From: Candidatus Latescibacterota bacterium
Lineage (GTDB): Bacteria > Latescibacterota > UBA2968 > UBA8231
DNA length: 64,000 nucleotides
Reading direction: 5' to 3'
Assembly: GCA_965219385.1 (NCBI GenBank)
Contig: CBDCNM010000001.1
Coordinates: 1,228,631-1,292,630, forward strand
Shown here: piece by piece, positions 38,097-47,750 of the stretch
Layout: each line of letters starts with the position of its first letter
How positions within the stretch are numbered: position 1 is the first letter of the stretch
Position numbers and translations under genes: made by a program
The notes under the pieces: model-generated
Database searches by the model: none
The model's input: only the letters and a program-made list of their open reading frames with translations
Told to the model about the DNA's origin: nothing

Positions 38097-39151
38097 CCCG
38101 CCCCCTCTTCCTCGATCACTGCCCCCAGCTTCCGCCCGCACTCCACCACCTGTTTCCAGGTCTCATCCTCCACGAAAATGCCCTCCTGCTGGCGCTGCGC
38201 CTTCTGCCGCATTTCGATCTCTCCGGGCATCAGGATCTCGTCGAACCCCCCGGCGGTGGGCGAGGATTTCACAAATTCGACAAAATCCTCCACCTCTTTG
38301 TAATAGGCTTCGAGCGGCGTGAACTGGGCCACGTTCAAAACCAGCAGGAGCGCGGCATTGCCGATCCGCGTGCCCGACCCGGTGCACCCGGCTCCGCTCA
38401 GGGCCCCGGCCAGCATATCCACCGCCACCCCGAGCCCGTAGCCTTTGTGGCCGGCAATCCCCCCGAAGGGCAGAATCCCACCTCTCGGGGGCCCGTAGAA
38501 GGCATTGGGATCGTTGGTAGGGCGGCCTTCTACATCCACGATCCAGCCATCCGGTGTTGGCTCGCCGCGGTTGCGTTGCACCCGCACCTTGCCCTCGGCC
38601 ACCACGCTGGTGGTCATATCCAGCACCAGGGGTTCCCCCGAGGCCCGGGGCAGCCCCACGGCCAGTGGATTGGTTCCCAGCCGACCCCGCGTACCGCCCC
38701 AGGGCACCACCGAAGGGCCGCCCCCGTGCGCATTGGTAAACAACATCCCGATCATGTCCTGCCGGGCGATTTCGTCTACGTAACTGCCCAGGCGGGCGAC
38801 GTGGTTGGAGTTGCGGATGGTGATGGCCGCCAGCCCGGCCTGGCCGGCCTTGGCCAGGCCTATTTCCACCGCTCGACTGCCCACCATCTGTCCGTAGCCC
38901 CAGTGGCCGTCCAGCACCGCGGTCACCGCGGTCTGACGCACGATTTCCACCTCGGCCCCGGGCGCGATTTCGCCCCGCTCGATCGAATCCATGTACTGCG
39001 GGATGCGGATGACGCCGTGCGAGTCGTGGCCCACCACATTGGCTTCGACCAGCAAAGAGGCAACGGTCCTGGCTTCCTCGGAAGGCGAGCCGGCCGCTGC
39101 AAAGATCCGCGCCCCCACGTTGATCAGGTACTCAGCTGTGAAAACAGGCAT
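38093..39151 (-). CDS. Ldh_2-family (malate/L-lactate/ureidoglycolate) oxidoreductase
   Basis: GHDSHGVIR, NSNHVARLG, GTNPL, LDMTTSVVAEGK, GHKGYGL, MPGEIE. Confidence 0.92.
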   Translation of the reverse strand: MPVFTAEYLINVGARIFAAAGSPSEEARTVASLLVEANVVGHDSHGVIRIPQYMDSIERGEIAPGAEVEIVRQTAVTAVLDGHWGYGQMVGSRAVEIGLAKAGQAGLAAITIRNSNHVARLGSYVDEIARQDMIGMLFTNAHGGGPSVVPWGGTRGRLGTNPLAVGLPRASGEPLVLDMTTSVVAEGKVRVQRNRGEPTPDGWIVDVEGRPTNDPNAFYGPPRGGILPFGGIAGHKGYGLGVAVDMLAGALSGAGCTGSGTRIGNAALLLVLNVAQFTPLEAYYKEVEDFVEFVKSSPTAGGFDEILMPGEIEMRQKAQRQQEGIFVEDETWKQVVECGRKLGAVIEEEGAG

Positions 39152-39186
39152 ACAATGGCTCCTTATACTTTTATCTTGTCATTTAT

Positions 39187-40680
39187 TTATTGGGCCCAAT
39201 CTCGCACCAATACCCGGCTCAATTCGCGCCCTTGCGCGGGAGAAAGCCGGGCTTTGCGACGCCCCTTTTCCAGCAACTCATCGGTGGTCGGCACCCTGAC
39301 GTATAGGTATACTTCGTGTTTTTCAAAGAATTTCTTTGCCGGCGAGCAGGTATGTTGCACCCATTTCACCGCCTGTTCTTCCTCGATCCCCACCGCCCCC
39401 GCGGCCGCGGCCAGACCCTGCCGCAGGGCCCCCCCCGGCTCCTCGAGATCTTCCAGCACCCTGCCCAGCAGATCGATCATAAACTGGCGCGCCGGCAATC
39501 TGTCGGCGGGGACATCCCCGGCCATATCCGCGATCAAGACATCGATGCGGCTGCTCATTTTTGTATTGTGTAACCGGTAGAGATTACGGGTCAGGTTGCG
39601 GAAGAAAGCAGTGGCTTTATCCGCCGGGACTTCGGCGCTCAACCTTTTCACCCAGACGGGGACGGCCCTGGGGGCTCTTGGGGCCAAACGGCGGTTCAGG
39701 GCCGCCAGATCCGGCAGGTAGGGCGACGACGCGGAGGCCACCTGGGTGGTGTCCGCGTCGTCTGCCCGGGCCGGCTCTCTTTCCCTCCTGGGCGCCGGCT
39801 CTTTTTCGGCCCCCGCGCCCGTACTTTTCTCCAGGCTGTCCGGCTGGGCCTCTGCCACCGCGGCTTTTGGCCCGACCCGGGCCTTGACCTCTTGGGGCAA
39901 AGTGGCTCGCAATGCCTTGACCCCCTCCTCGATGCGCTCGACCACGGAAACCGGCGGCGGCTTCAAGCCGGGGGGGTTGCCCTGCAGCTGAATCTTGCCC
40001 TGCCACCAGATCCACTTATTGCCGCGGGCGATCTTTTCCTCCAGGGCCAGGCCGGGAAGGTCCGAGTCCGGCAACAAAAACAGGGCGTCCAGCTTCATCT
40101 CGCTCTGCGGGTGGACATCCAGCCATTGCCAGGGAATGGCCAGTTCATAGGTGTAGATCCCCGGCCCCCACGCACTCCCGGCCCGCGCGGGCAAATCCTC
40201 GGAAGCAGCCCCCCTTTGCTGAGCGCCCCATATATAAGCGGCTCGCGCGCCATCGCTCGGCGAGATCCACACATTGTATCCCAGTTCGGCATCGGGGCCG
40301 CGCACAAACACCTTCAGGTGGTCGTAGTAAAACATCTTGTCCTTGCGCTGTCCCCCGGGACCTTCCCAGACATTCTCTCCAGGGCCGACCCGACCCACGT
40401 CCAGGGTATCGTCCTCCACCACCACCCCGACATAGAGTAAATCCGCATCCCACATAAGGTACAGATCCACCTCGTGGTCTTCCGGTCCCTCGAAGGCCCC
40501 GCGCAACCCCACCTGTTTTCCGGCCGGCGCGAGCGGAATCCGCCTGGGTGCCCCCCACTCCTCCAGGACGCCGTCGATTTGCACTGAACGGGCTATGGCC
40601 ACCACTTCCGCGCTCCAGCTCATGTCCGGCAGCGTCAGCATGAGAGAAATGGCCGTCCACCAGGGTCTTTGGTTTCTCAC
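39187..40680 (-). CDS. Secreted hypothetical protein with a CBM9/DOMON-like N-terminal domain, low-complexity linker and helical C-terminal domain
   Basis: Signal-like N-terminus, IDGVLEEW, YLMWDADLLYVGVVVEDD, YTYELAIPW. GTG start overlaps the deaminase stop. Confidence 0.55.
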   Translation of the reverse strand: MRNQRPWWTAISLMLTLPDMSWSAEVVAIARSVQIDGVLEEWGAPRRIPLAPAGKQVGLRGAFEGPEDHEVDLYLMWDADLLYVGVVVEDDTLDVGRVGPGENVWEGPGGQRKDKMFYYDHLKVFVRGPDAELGYNVWISPSDGARAAYIWGAQQRGAASEDLPARAGSAWGPGIYTYELAIPWQWLDVHPQSEMKLDALFLLPDSDLPGLALEEKIARGNKWIWWQGKIQLQGNPPGLKPPPVSVVERIEEGVKALRATLPQEVKARVGPKAAVAEAQPDSLEKSTGAGAEKEPAPRREREPARADDADTTQVASASSPYLPDLAALNRRLAPRAPRAVPVWVKRLSAEVPADKATAFFRNLTRNLYRLHNTKMSSRIDVLIADMAGDVPADRLPARQFMIDLLGRVLEDLEEPGGALRQGLAAAAGAVGIEEEQAVKWVQHTCSPAKKFFEKHEVYLYVRVPTTDELLEKGRRKARLSPAQGRELSRVLVRDWAQ

Positions 40681-41210
40681 CCCAACCTCAATTTCGACAC
40701 CGCCCACGCTGCTTCCGGATCCTCGATGGCCACGGGCAAAACACCGCTGGGAAACTGGTCCTGCAGCCGGGTGTAGCTTTGCTGCATCTCCGGATCAGGG
40801 TAACTCCACTCGTGGAGGTAGTAGAGCCTTTTTACCTTGGCCTGCAACAATTCCTTGGTGCACCCGAAGCAGGGCTGCATGGTGGAGTAGAGCACGGTCC
40901 CTTCGGTGGCAATGCCGAACCGGGCCGCCGACAGCAGGGCATTCTGCTCGGCATGGACGCAGATGCACAGATCGTAATTTTTGCCGGATTCGTATTTGTG
41001 GCGGTTCAAACAGCGATCGCACCCCCCATCCATACAGTTTACCATATTGGCCGGCGTCCCATTGTATCCGGTAGATACGATGCGATCGTCCAGCACCAGA
41101 ATCGCGCCCACCCGGTTGCCCAGACAGTTGGCCCGGGATCTCACGGCCATGGCAATCCGCATATAATACTCTTCCCAACTCGGGCGCTCCATGCCGGCCA
41201 CCTCGCTCAT
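40677..41210 (-). CDS. dCMP deaminase family protein
   Basis: RPSWEEYYM, VGA, TGYNG, HAEQNA, PCFGC. Confidence 0.92.
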   Translation of the reverse strand: MSEVAGMERPSWEEYYMRIAMAVRSRANCLGNRVGAILVLDDRIVSTGYNGTPANMVNCMDGGCDRCLNRHKYESGKNYDLCICVHAEQNALLSAARFGIATEGTVLYSTMQPCFGCTKELLQAKVKRLYYLHEWSYPDPEMQQSYTRLQDQFPSGVLPVAIEDPEAAWAVSKLRLG

Positions 41211-41307
41211 GCCCGCCTCCTGCAGTTTGTAGTTATCGGAGTTTGGTAATGGCCATAAAAATAGCGGCCGGGGAGGCCGAACGCTAAAGAAAAATGGAGG
41301 GGCAATC

Positions 41308-43386
41308 TTATGCACGGGCTTGTAGAAGCCGGGGATGCTCGAGACGAATCAAATCCCGGCGCGCCGAAACCAGGCTTACCGTGGCCCGGATTCGATCCCC
41401 CGGAGCGGCCCAGGCCTCGCGTCCCCCGGGCAGAAAGACCTTCAACAAACAGCAGTCCAGTTCGACCAGGAGTCCGATCCCGGCGCGCTCCAGCACCACC
41501 CCTTCTACCTCTTCCCCCACCTTTTTCTCCAGGTACTTCAGCTGCCAGTAGTGCCGCGCCGAGCCCATGACCTTTGCAGCCGCCTCGCGCGCCCAGGTGG
41601 TGGCAGCCAGGCCTTGGGCCAAATCCTCCCGGGCGTACTGGAGGGTGCCGTGCGCAATAAAGCCTACCAGTTGTCGTTGCATCAACAGGTCTTCGTAGCC
41701 ATCGAGGGGCTGGCCGATGCACACCCTCAAGGGGCCGTGCGCCGGCGGGTCGGTCTGCAGCCTCCCTCGGGACATTTGTTTCTTCTGGGCGTGTACCCGG
41801 GCGGCATCGTACTCGTCCCCCTCCACCGACTTTCCGGGGGACACAGGTTCGACTTGGTAGACCGATGGGATGCCCTTTTGAGCGCAAAACGCCCCGGCCA
41901 ACTCCTGGGCGAGCAACTTTAACTCCTCGCAGATCAACGGCCCGGCCTGGTTCGCCTCCAGACGCTGGACCTGGCCCACCCCTGCCCTGAAATCCATGTT
42001 CAGTTCGGGCGCGGCCAGAATCAGATCCCCGCTCTGCCGCCGCGTCTGCCGCCGGATCCGGGCCAGATCGTACAACCAGCGCAGGTGCGGATCCGCGGCC
42101 AGCTGGGCTTCTGCTTCCTCCCAGCGCAATACCTTCCGTGGCCGGACCTGGCAGAGGCGGATGGCAAACCCCTTGATCTGCCGGCGGGGATTGAGGCGCA
42201 CCTCCACGGTCAGGGCGGGCCGGTGCTCCCCTGGAGTCAGCCCGGCGGCAGCGACCAGGGAAGGCGGCAACATGGGAATCGAACCATCGGGCAGGTATAT
42301 GGAAGCCCCGCGTTCCATGGCCTCGCCCTCCACCCTGCCCTCTGGTTGCACCAGCAAGGCGGGGGTGGCGAAGTGCAGGCCTACCTTGTATCCGGAGAGG
42401 GTCCGGCGCACGCTGAAGGCCCTATCGCACACCTCCCCATCCCGCGAAAAACCGTAGACCCGCCGGCCCCACCGGCGCCGCCCGCGTCCAGCCGCAGGCA
42501 GACAGCGGAGCTCTGCCGCTTCGGCCAGGGCCTTTGCCGAAAAGTCCACGGGCACTTCCCAGCGCCGCAGCTCGAGGTTCTCGTTCACGTCCCAGTGGCC
42601 CAGTTTGACCAGGACATCAAAGGCCGCCAACGGACCGTGCAGATGCGCCTGTTTCATCAACCTGGCCGCCTCTTTTGCCCTTGGGCTTTCTCCCTCGAAC
42701 AGGGCTACCTGTTCCAACAGGGCAATGGCCTCCCCGGCCCCCTCGGGCCGGACGCTCTCTTTACCATCCGCCACCTGCCGCAGCCACAGGGCCGCTTCCT
42801 CCAACCGGTCTCGATCGCGCTGCCGCTGCTCCGTTGCCCGGCCGCGCTCCTCCACCTTCCCTGCCGGCAAAGCCAGAAAGTGTTGCACCTGCCGGGAGAA
42901 AAAACCCCCTTCTCCCAGGAGCCGGGCCAGGGCCGTCCGGCGATCGCTGTCCGGCTCTTCCCCAAAGTAGAGTTCGGCCAATTCGTTCAGGGCCCATTTG
43001 CGGTTCGGCTCCTCCGCGACCAATTCCCACAAAGGCCGCAGATCCAGCTCCCCCTTTATCCTCTCCCGGCGCTGGTCGACCTGGCGCAGGGCGCGGACGA
43101 TTTCGTGGCGCTGCTGCAGCCCGATTTTTTCGCTCGACATATCGATGAGCTTGCGATAGCTCACCCAGGCCTCCCTGCCCTCCTGATCCAGAATCCACAG
43201 GGACCGCGACTTGCCCGGCGGCACCCGCACCACCCCGCAGCAGTGGTGGCCGCTGCGCAGGAATTCGACGATGCAGCCGATGTGGTCCGGCTCCCTGGGC
43301 TTGCGCGCCTTCAGCAAGGCCCTGGCCACCTGAGCCCGCAGGGCAGGATCACTTTGCTCCAGCACTTCGCTGTACCAGGCTTTCAC
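41308..43386 (-). CDS. RNB (RNase II/R)-like protein with degenerate catalytic motifs
   Basis: RGASIYLPDGSIPMLP, RPALT, YEDLLMQRQL, C-terminal S1-like region. The DxxxxxDxDD motif is not conserved. Confidence 0.75.
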   Translation of the reverse strand: MKAWYSEVLEQSDPALRAQVARALLKARKPREPDHIGCIVEFLRSGHHCCGVVRVPPGKSRSLWILDQEGREAWVSYRKLIDMSSEKIGLQQRHEIVRALRQVDQRRERIKGELDLRPLWELVAEEPNRKWALNELAELYFGEEPDSDRRTALARLLGEGGFFSRQVQHFLALPAGKVEERGRATEQRQRDRDRLEEAALWLRQVADGKESVRPEGAGEAIALLEQVALFEGESPRAKEAARLMKQAHLHGPLAAFDVLVKLGHWDVNENLELRRWEVPVDFSAKALAEAAELRCLPAAGRGRRRWGRRVYGFSRDGEVCDRAFSVRRTLSGYKVGLHFATPALLVQPEGRVEGEAMERGASIYLPDGSIPMLPPSLVAAAGLTPGEHRPALTVEVRLNPRRQIKGFAIRLCQVRPRKVLRWEEAEAQLAADPHLRWLYDLARIRRQTRRQSGDLILAAPELNMDFRAGVGQVQRLEANQAGPLICEELKLLAQELAGAFCAQKGIPSVYQVEPVSPGKSVEGDEYDAARVHAQKKQMSRGRLQTDPPAHGPLRVCIGQPLDGYEDLLMQRQLVGFIAHGTLQYAREDLAQGLAATTWAREAAAKVMGSARHYWQLKYLEKKVGEEVEGVVLERAGIGLLVELDCCLLKVFLPGGREAWAAPGDRIRATVSLVSARRDLIRLEHPRLLQARA

Positions 43387-43424
43387 GGTCCGACCTCCTT
43401 GGGAAATGCAGGTTTATCCCACTT

Positions 43425-43627
43425 TCAGCACTTCGCGAAATACCCGTACCTATTTGGACCTCAAGGCCGGGAGGGGATGTGGCCGGCGGCGTTTTATGGG
43501 GGGTGGGGGGCTCTGGGACTCAGGCCTGCCTGGGGGGGTGGAGCCGGGCAAGAGCGCCTTGGGCATCGTAAAACGCCAGAGGCACAATCCCCGCACGGCC
43601 CCGCTCGCCGCTTCCGTGAAGTACTGA
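43425..43627. mobile_element. MITE-like intergenic repeat, copy 1
   Basis: Terminal IRs TCAGCACTTCGCGAAA and TTCCGTGAAGTACTGA (13/16). Body closely matches the reverse complement of 55276-55442. Confidence 0.75.
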
Positions 43628-43683
43628 CCTTTTTTTTAGCCTACCGTTCTTCCTGAACAATGTCAAGCAGCCACCCCCGCGGC

Positions 43684-43712
43684 TTGACACAACAGCTCTC
43701 CCGGTCTATCCT
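43684..43712 (+). promoter_or_regulatory. Sigma70-type promoter candidate
   Basis: TTGACA-N17-TATCCT upstream of the enolase-superfamily gene. Confidence 0.5.
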
Positions 43713-43815
43713 GTCGCTTGGGGGTCAACTCAACAATGCACAAACATCGCAAACAGTCGGCACCATAGCTCTGGAAGAAATTTGGAAATACCTGCATCTA
43801 AAAAGGCCCAATCCC

Positions 43816-44946
43816 ATGGAGAAACTCCCGAACCCGCGCATCGTTCGCATCGACAAGGCCGTACTGCGCGGTCAGCGTCCCCGCAGCATAGGCTACAACG
43901 CCCGCATCCCCACCCACGGTCCCCTGGTCAGCGATCCAGTGGTCCGCCTTCACACCGAGGACGGCGGTGAGGGCATAGGCTGGTCTGGTATAACCGAAGA
44001 CAAAGCCCGCCAGCTGCTGGGTAAACACCTCCACGAACTTTTCCAGTTGCCCGATGGTAGCCTGGAAGCCGGCGCGGCCGTGGACCTGCCCCTGTGGGAT
44101 CTGGCCGCCCGGCTCATGGAGCTGCCCCTCTACCGGCTTTTGGGGGCCCGGGGGTCTCGCGCCGTCGAGCTTTACGACGGCTCCATCTACATCGACGACC
44201 TCGAGGCCACGGACCAGGAAGCCGCGGAGATTTTCTACGAGGAGGTGCGCAGCGGCCAGGAGCACGGCTACCACAACTTCAAGGTCAAGGTCGGCCGCGG
44301 GGCCCGCTGGATGCCCACCGCAGAGGGGCTGGCGCGGGATATCCTGGTGGTCCACACCGTGCGCCAGGCCGCCGGCCCCGAAGCCAAAATCCTGATCGAC
44401 GCCAATATGGGCAATACCCTCAACACCGCCACCCAGCTCCTCGAAGGTTGTGCGGATGTGGAAATCTACTGGTTCGAAGAACCCTTTGCTGAGGATCCCG
44501 CCCTCAACCAGGCCCTGAAGGAATTCATCGCGGAGCAGGACTACGACACCCTGGTGGCGGACGGCGAGTTCGCGCCCCCGCCCTTCTTTTTCGACCTAGT
44601 GGAAAAAGGCCTGATCGACGTTGTACAGCACGACTTCAGAGCCTATGGACTTACCTGGTGGCGGGCCCTCTCCGCCCGCCTGGAACAGTGGGATGTGGTC
44701 TGTGCGCCCCATTGCTGGGGCAGCTACATCGAGCGCTATGCCCATGCCCACTTCGCCGCTTCGATTCCCAACTACGCCCTGCTCGAAGCCGCTCCGGCCG
44801 CCCTGCCCGGCCTGGCCCTGGACGGCTGGGAGATGCGCGACGGCAAGCTCTGGGTGCCCGATACCCCGGGCACCGGCTTCGACATCGAGCCCGGCATCTT
44901 CGCCCAGGGCCAGCAGGACCGGGGCGGCTTCGGCCTGGCGCTGTGA
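43816..44946 (+). CDS. Mandelate racemase/muconate lactonizing (enolase superfamily) enzyme
   Basis: DLPLWDL, FKVKVGRG, ILIDAN, WFEEPF, VADGE, APHCWG, PDTPGTG. Confidence 0.88.
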   Translation: MEKLPNPRIVRIDKAVLRGQRPRSIGYNARIPTHGPLVSDPVVRLHTEDGGEGIGWSGITEDKARQLLGKHLHELFQLPDGSLEAGAAVDLPLWDLAARLMELPLYRLLGARGSRAVELYDGSIYIDDLEATDQEAAEIFYEEVRSGQEHGYHNFKVKVGRGARWMPTAEGLARDILVVHTVRQAAGPEAKILIDANMGNTLNTATQLLEGCADVEIYWFEEPFAEDPALNQALKEFIAEQDYDTLVADGEFAPPPFFFDLVEKGLIDVVQHDFRAYGLTWWRALSARLEQWDVVCAPHCWGSYIERYAHAHFAASIPNYALLEAAPAALPGLALDGWEMRDGKLWVPDTPGTGFDIEPGIFAQGQQDRGGFGLAL

Positions 44947-44989
44947 TGCAGGGAGTCGAGGCCGAGAGGAGAGGTTGGCAAAGAGCCGA

Positions 44990-45844
44990 CTATTCCCGCT
45001 TGTGCCAGCCGGGCAATTCCACCTGGGCTGAAAGCTCCCAGGCCGTCAGGTACAGCGAGGCCGTAAAGCGGGTGGCGGCGCGGGCCCGTTCCCAGGCAAA
45101 GGCCCGGACCTCCGGCGCGGTTCCGGATTCCAGCTTTTCTTCCAACTCGTAGACCCGGTCAATCAGGCTCCGGCCCCTTTCGATCTCTTTCAGGATAGCC
45201 GGCATCAGCGAGTCAAAAGCCGCGACCTCCTGATCCTTCGCCAGCCGGCGCGGATCCAGCTCCAGGCGCTGCACCAGCCCGTCCACCTTTGCGTGGATGC
45301 CGCTTTTCGGCGAACTCCCGTCGGCCCGGGCGCGCCCGTCGAAATGGATGGTCAGGTGCAAAGGCTGGCACATATCCTCGGCATAGTGAGCCAGTAAGCC
45401 GGCATAGACCAGACACTTGCTGCGGATGGTTTGATCGTCCGGCCACTTGCGGTGCTCGGCAAAGGCCATGGCCAGGCGCTCGCTCCACTCGGCCACCGCA
45501 TAGGGCACCAACCCCACCCGGGTCGGATCGAGCCCGGCCCTGAGACACAGGCCGAGAAATTCGTAGCGCGTGGGCGGCAGGGCGCGTCCTTCCAGCAGTT
45601 CCTGGTCGAGGTAGTGCTCGGAATACTCGGCGTTTTTCAGGTGGGGTGTAGCCCGGTTCTTGAACAGGTCTGGGTCGTACACGCAGTGCGCCGGCACCAC
45701 CTCCCCGTTGCGAAAAAAGTCCGGCACGTCCTCGGGCAGAGCCCTGATGGCGGCCCGGGTGAGGATGGCATGGCCGTCTCCCCACCAGGACCAGCCCGGC
45801 GCTGCCACTGTAGTCAAGACCAACAGCACAACCATCCTTTTCAT
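44990..45844 (-). CDS. Secreted S1/P1 nuclease / Zn-phospholipase C-like protein
   Basis: Signal peptide, mature N-terminal WWGDGH, PDL, EHYLD, HYAEDMCQPLH, HAKVD. Confidence 0.75.
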   Translation of the reverse strand: MKRMVVLLVLTTVAAPGWSWWGDGHAILTRAAIRALPEDVPDFFRNGEVVPAHCVYDPDLFKNRATPHLKNAEYSEHYLDQELLEGRALPPTRYEFLGLCLRAGLDPTRVGLVPYAVAEWSERLAMAFAEHRKWPDDQTIRSKCLVYAGLLAHYAEDMCQPLHLTIHFDGRARADGSSPKSGIHAKVDGLVQRLELDPRRLAKDQEVAAFDSLMPAILKEIERGRSLIDRVYELEEKLESGTAPEVRAFAWERARAATRFTASLYLTAWELSAQVELPGWHKRE

Positions 45845-45873
45845 GTTTTTTCCCTTCTATCTTTCCCCTCTAT

Positions 45874-45902
45874 TTGACAGAACACAACCTGTATATTAAG
45901 AT
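45874..45902 (+). promoter_or_regulatory. Sigma70-type promoter candidate for peroxiredoxin
   Basis: TTGACA-N17-TAAGAT. Confidence 0.55.
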
Positions 45903-45947
45903 TTTTCTGTATTTCTCCCATCTCCACATCTAACAAGGAGTAGTATC

Positions 45948-46583
45948 ATGGCCATTAGACTAGGCGACGAAGCCCCTGATTTCACCGCCGAAACCACCGA
46001 AGGCACCATTACCTTCCACGAGTGGCTGGGTGATGGCTGGGGCATCCTCTTTTCCCATCCGGCCGACTTCACCCCGGTGTGCACCACCGAGTTGGGCACC
46101 GTGGCCAAGATCAAGGATGAATTCGACCAGCGCGGGGTCAAGGTCATCGGCTTGAGCGTCAATTCAGTGGACGATCACCAAGGCTGGATCAGCGATATCA
46201 ACGAGACCCAGAACGCCACTGTCAACTTCCCGCTCATCGCCGACCCGGAGCGCGAAATATCCACCCTCTACGACATGATCCATCCTAATGCCCTGGACAA
46301 TTTGACCGTGCGCTCGGTCTTTGTCATCGGCCCGGACAAGAAGGTCAAGCTCACCCTGACCTATCCGGCCTCCACCGGCCGCAACTTCGACGAATTGCTG
46401 CGGGTCATTGATTCCCTCCAGCTAACCGCCAACCACAGTGTGGCCACCCCGGCCAACTGGCAGGACGGGGACGACTGCATCGTGGTCCCGGCCCTTTCGG
46501 ACGAAGAAGCCACGGAGAAGTTCCCCCAGGGTTTTACCACGGTCAAACCCTATTTGCGAGTGACCCCTCAACCCAACAAATAA
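45948..46583 (+). CDS. 1-Cys peroxiredoxin (Prx6)
   Basis: FSHPADFTPVCTTELG, YPASTGRNFDE, ATPANWQ. Confidence 0.96.
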   Translation: MAIRLGDEAPDFTAETTEGTITFHEWLGDGWGILFSHPADFTPVCTTELGTVAKIKDEFDQRGVKVIGLSVNSVDDHQGWISDINETQNATVNFPLIADPEREISTLYDMIHPNALDNLTVRSVFVIGPDKKVKLTLTYPASTGRNFDELLRVIDSLQLTANHSVATPANWQDGDDCIVVPALSDEEATEKFPQGFTTVKPYLRVTPQPNK

Positions 46584-46589
46584 GCCCAT

Positions 46590-46626
46590 AAAAAACCCGG
46601 CGGAGCAACACCCCGCCGGGTTTTTT
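46590..46626. terminator. Bidirectional intrinsic terminator
   Basis: AAAAAACCCGGCGG...CCGCCGGGTTTTTT between convergent genes. Confidence 0.85.
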
Positions 46627-47668
46627 ATTTGTTGTAGCGTACCTCCTTGCCCGTCTGAGCGCTTTTGTAGATTCCCTCCAGAATCTTCATCACCTTGAGG
46701 CCCTCCTCGCCCGTGGCCAGAGGCGGACGCTTCTCCAGGATGCTGTCGACAAACTCGTGGTAGGCCGTCGGCGTGTAAGCTTTGCGCTTCTCCAGGGTCT
46801 TGGTGAAGATATTGCCGTTTTCCTCGGCGAAAATCTCGGCCACAAACTGGTAGCCCCCTTCGACATTCTTCTGCTCGAGGCTGCCTCTGGTGCCGTAGAG
46901 CACGGTGAGCATGTGTTCGCTCTCGCGGATGTTCAGGGCCCAGCTCGCCTCCAGCAGCAGGGTGGCGCCATTGGCGAATTTGACCAAGCCGCAGGCCAGG
47001 TCCTCCACCGTGTAGTGCTGCCCCTGCTGCCTGACCTTTTCTTCCCGGGCGATATAATCGTAGGTTGATCCACTCACCGCCACGGGCTCGGGATACCCCA
47101 TCAACCACAGCGCCAGATCCAGGCGGTGCACCCCCAAGTCGATGAGCGGTCCTCCTCCGGCCATCTCCTTGTCGGCGAACCATCCCCCGGGCATCCCCCG
47201 GTAGCGGTGCCACACACTGCGACCAAAGTAAATGTCGCCTATCACCCCGGCCTCCACCTGTTGTTTGAGCATGTGACTGGCCTCGGTGAAGCGGAACGAG
47301 AAGTTGATCATCAAGTTCTTGCGCGCTTTTTCGGCCGCCTCCTTCATGCGTTCGGCCTGTCTCACGGTGGTGGCCATGGGTTTTTCGCACAGCACGTGCA
47401 AACCCGCCCTGAGCGCCTGTATCGTCAGCGGCGCGTGCAGCTTGTTCGGGACTGCAATGCTCACGGCATCCAGATCGGCCTGGTCCAGCATGGTCTTCAA
47501 ATCGCTATAGGTCTGTCGTACCTTCAACTGGGCGGCCGTGCTCTTCAGGCGATTCTCGTCCAAATCGCACAGAGCGACCAGTTCGGCCCCTGGATGGGCC
47601 TGGTAACCCTCGGCGTGGCCCCGTCCCATGCCCAGCCCCACAACCCCCATTCGCAACTTGCGCTCCAT
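46625..47668 (-). CDS. Gfo/Idh/MocA oxidoreductase
   Basis: GVVGLGMG, HVLCEKPMA, GGGPLIDLGVH. Confidence 0.93.
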   Translation of the reverse strand: MERKLRMGVVGLGMGRGHAEGYQAHPGAELVALCDLDENRLKSTAAQLKVRQTYSDLKTMLDQADLDAVSIAVPNKLHAPLTIQALRAGLHVLCEKPMATTVRQAERMKEAAEKARKNLMINFSFRFTEASHMLKQQVEAGVIGDIYFGRSVWHRYRGMPGGWFADKEMAGGGPLIDLGVHRLDLALWLMGYPEPVAVSGSTYDYIAREEKVRQQGQHYTVEDLACGLVKFANGATLLLEASWALNIRESEHMLTVLYGTRGSLEQKNVEGGYQFVAEIFAEENGNIFTKTLEKRKAYTPTAYHEFVDSILEKRPPLATGEEGLKVMKILEGIYKSAQTGKEVRYNK

Positions 47669-47750
47669 GCAATCCTCCCGTAGACGACCGCGTTGATCTT
47701 GAGGCCTGACCCGGAGGGCCGTCAGCCAGCCAAATTTAGCGGGTCGACTA

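Noticed and set aside
45880..45891. GAACACAACCTG in the peroxiredoxin promoter as a LexA-like box
   Set aside because: Only the left half-site matches.
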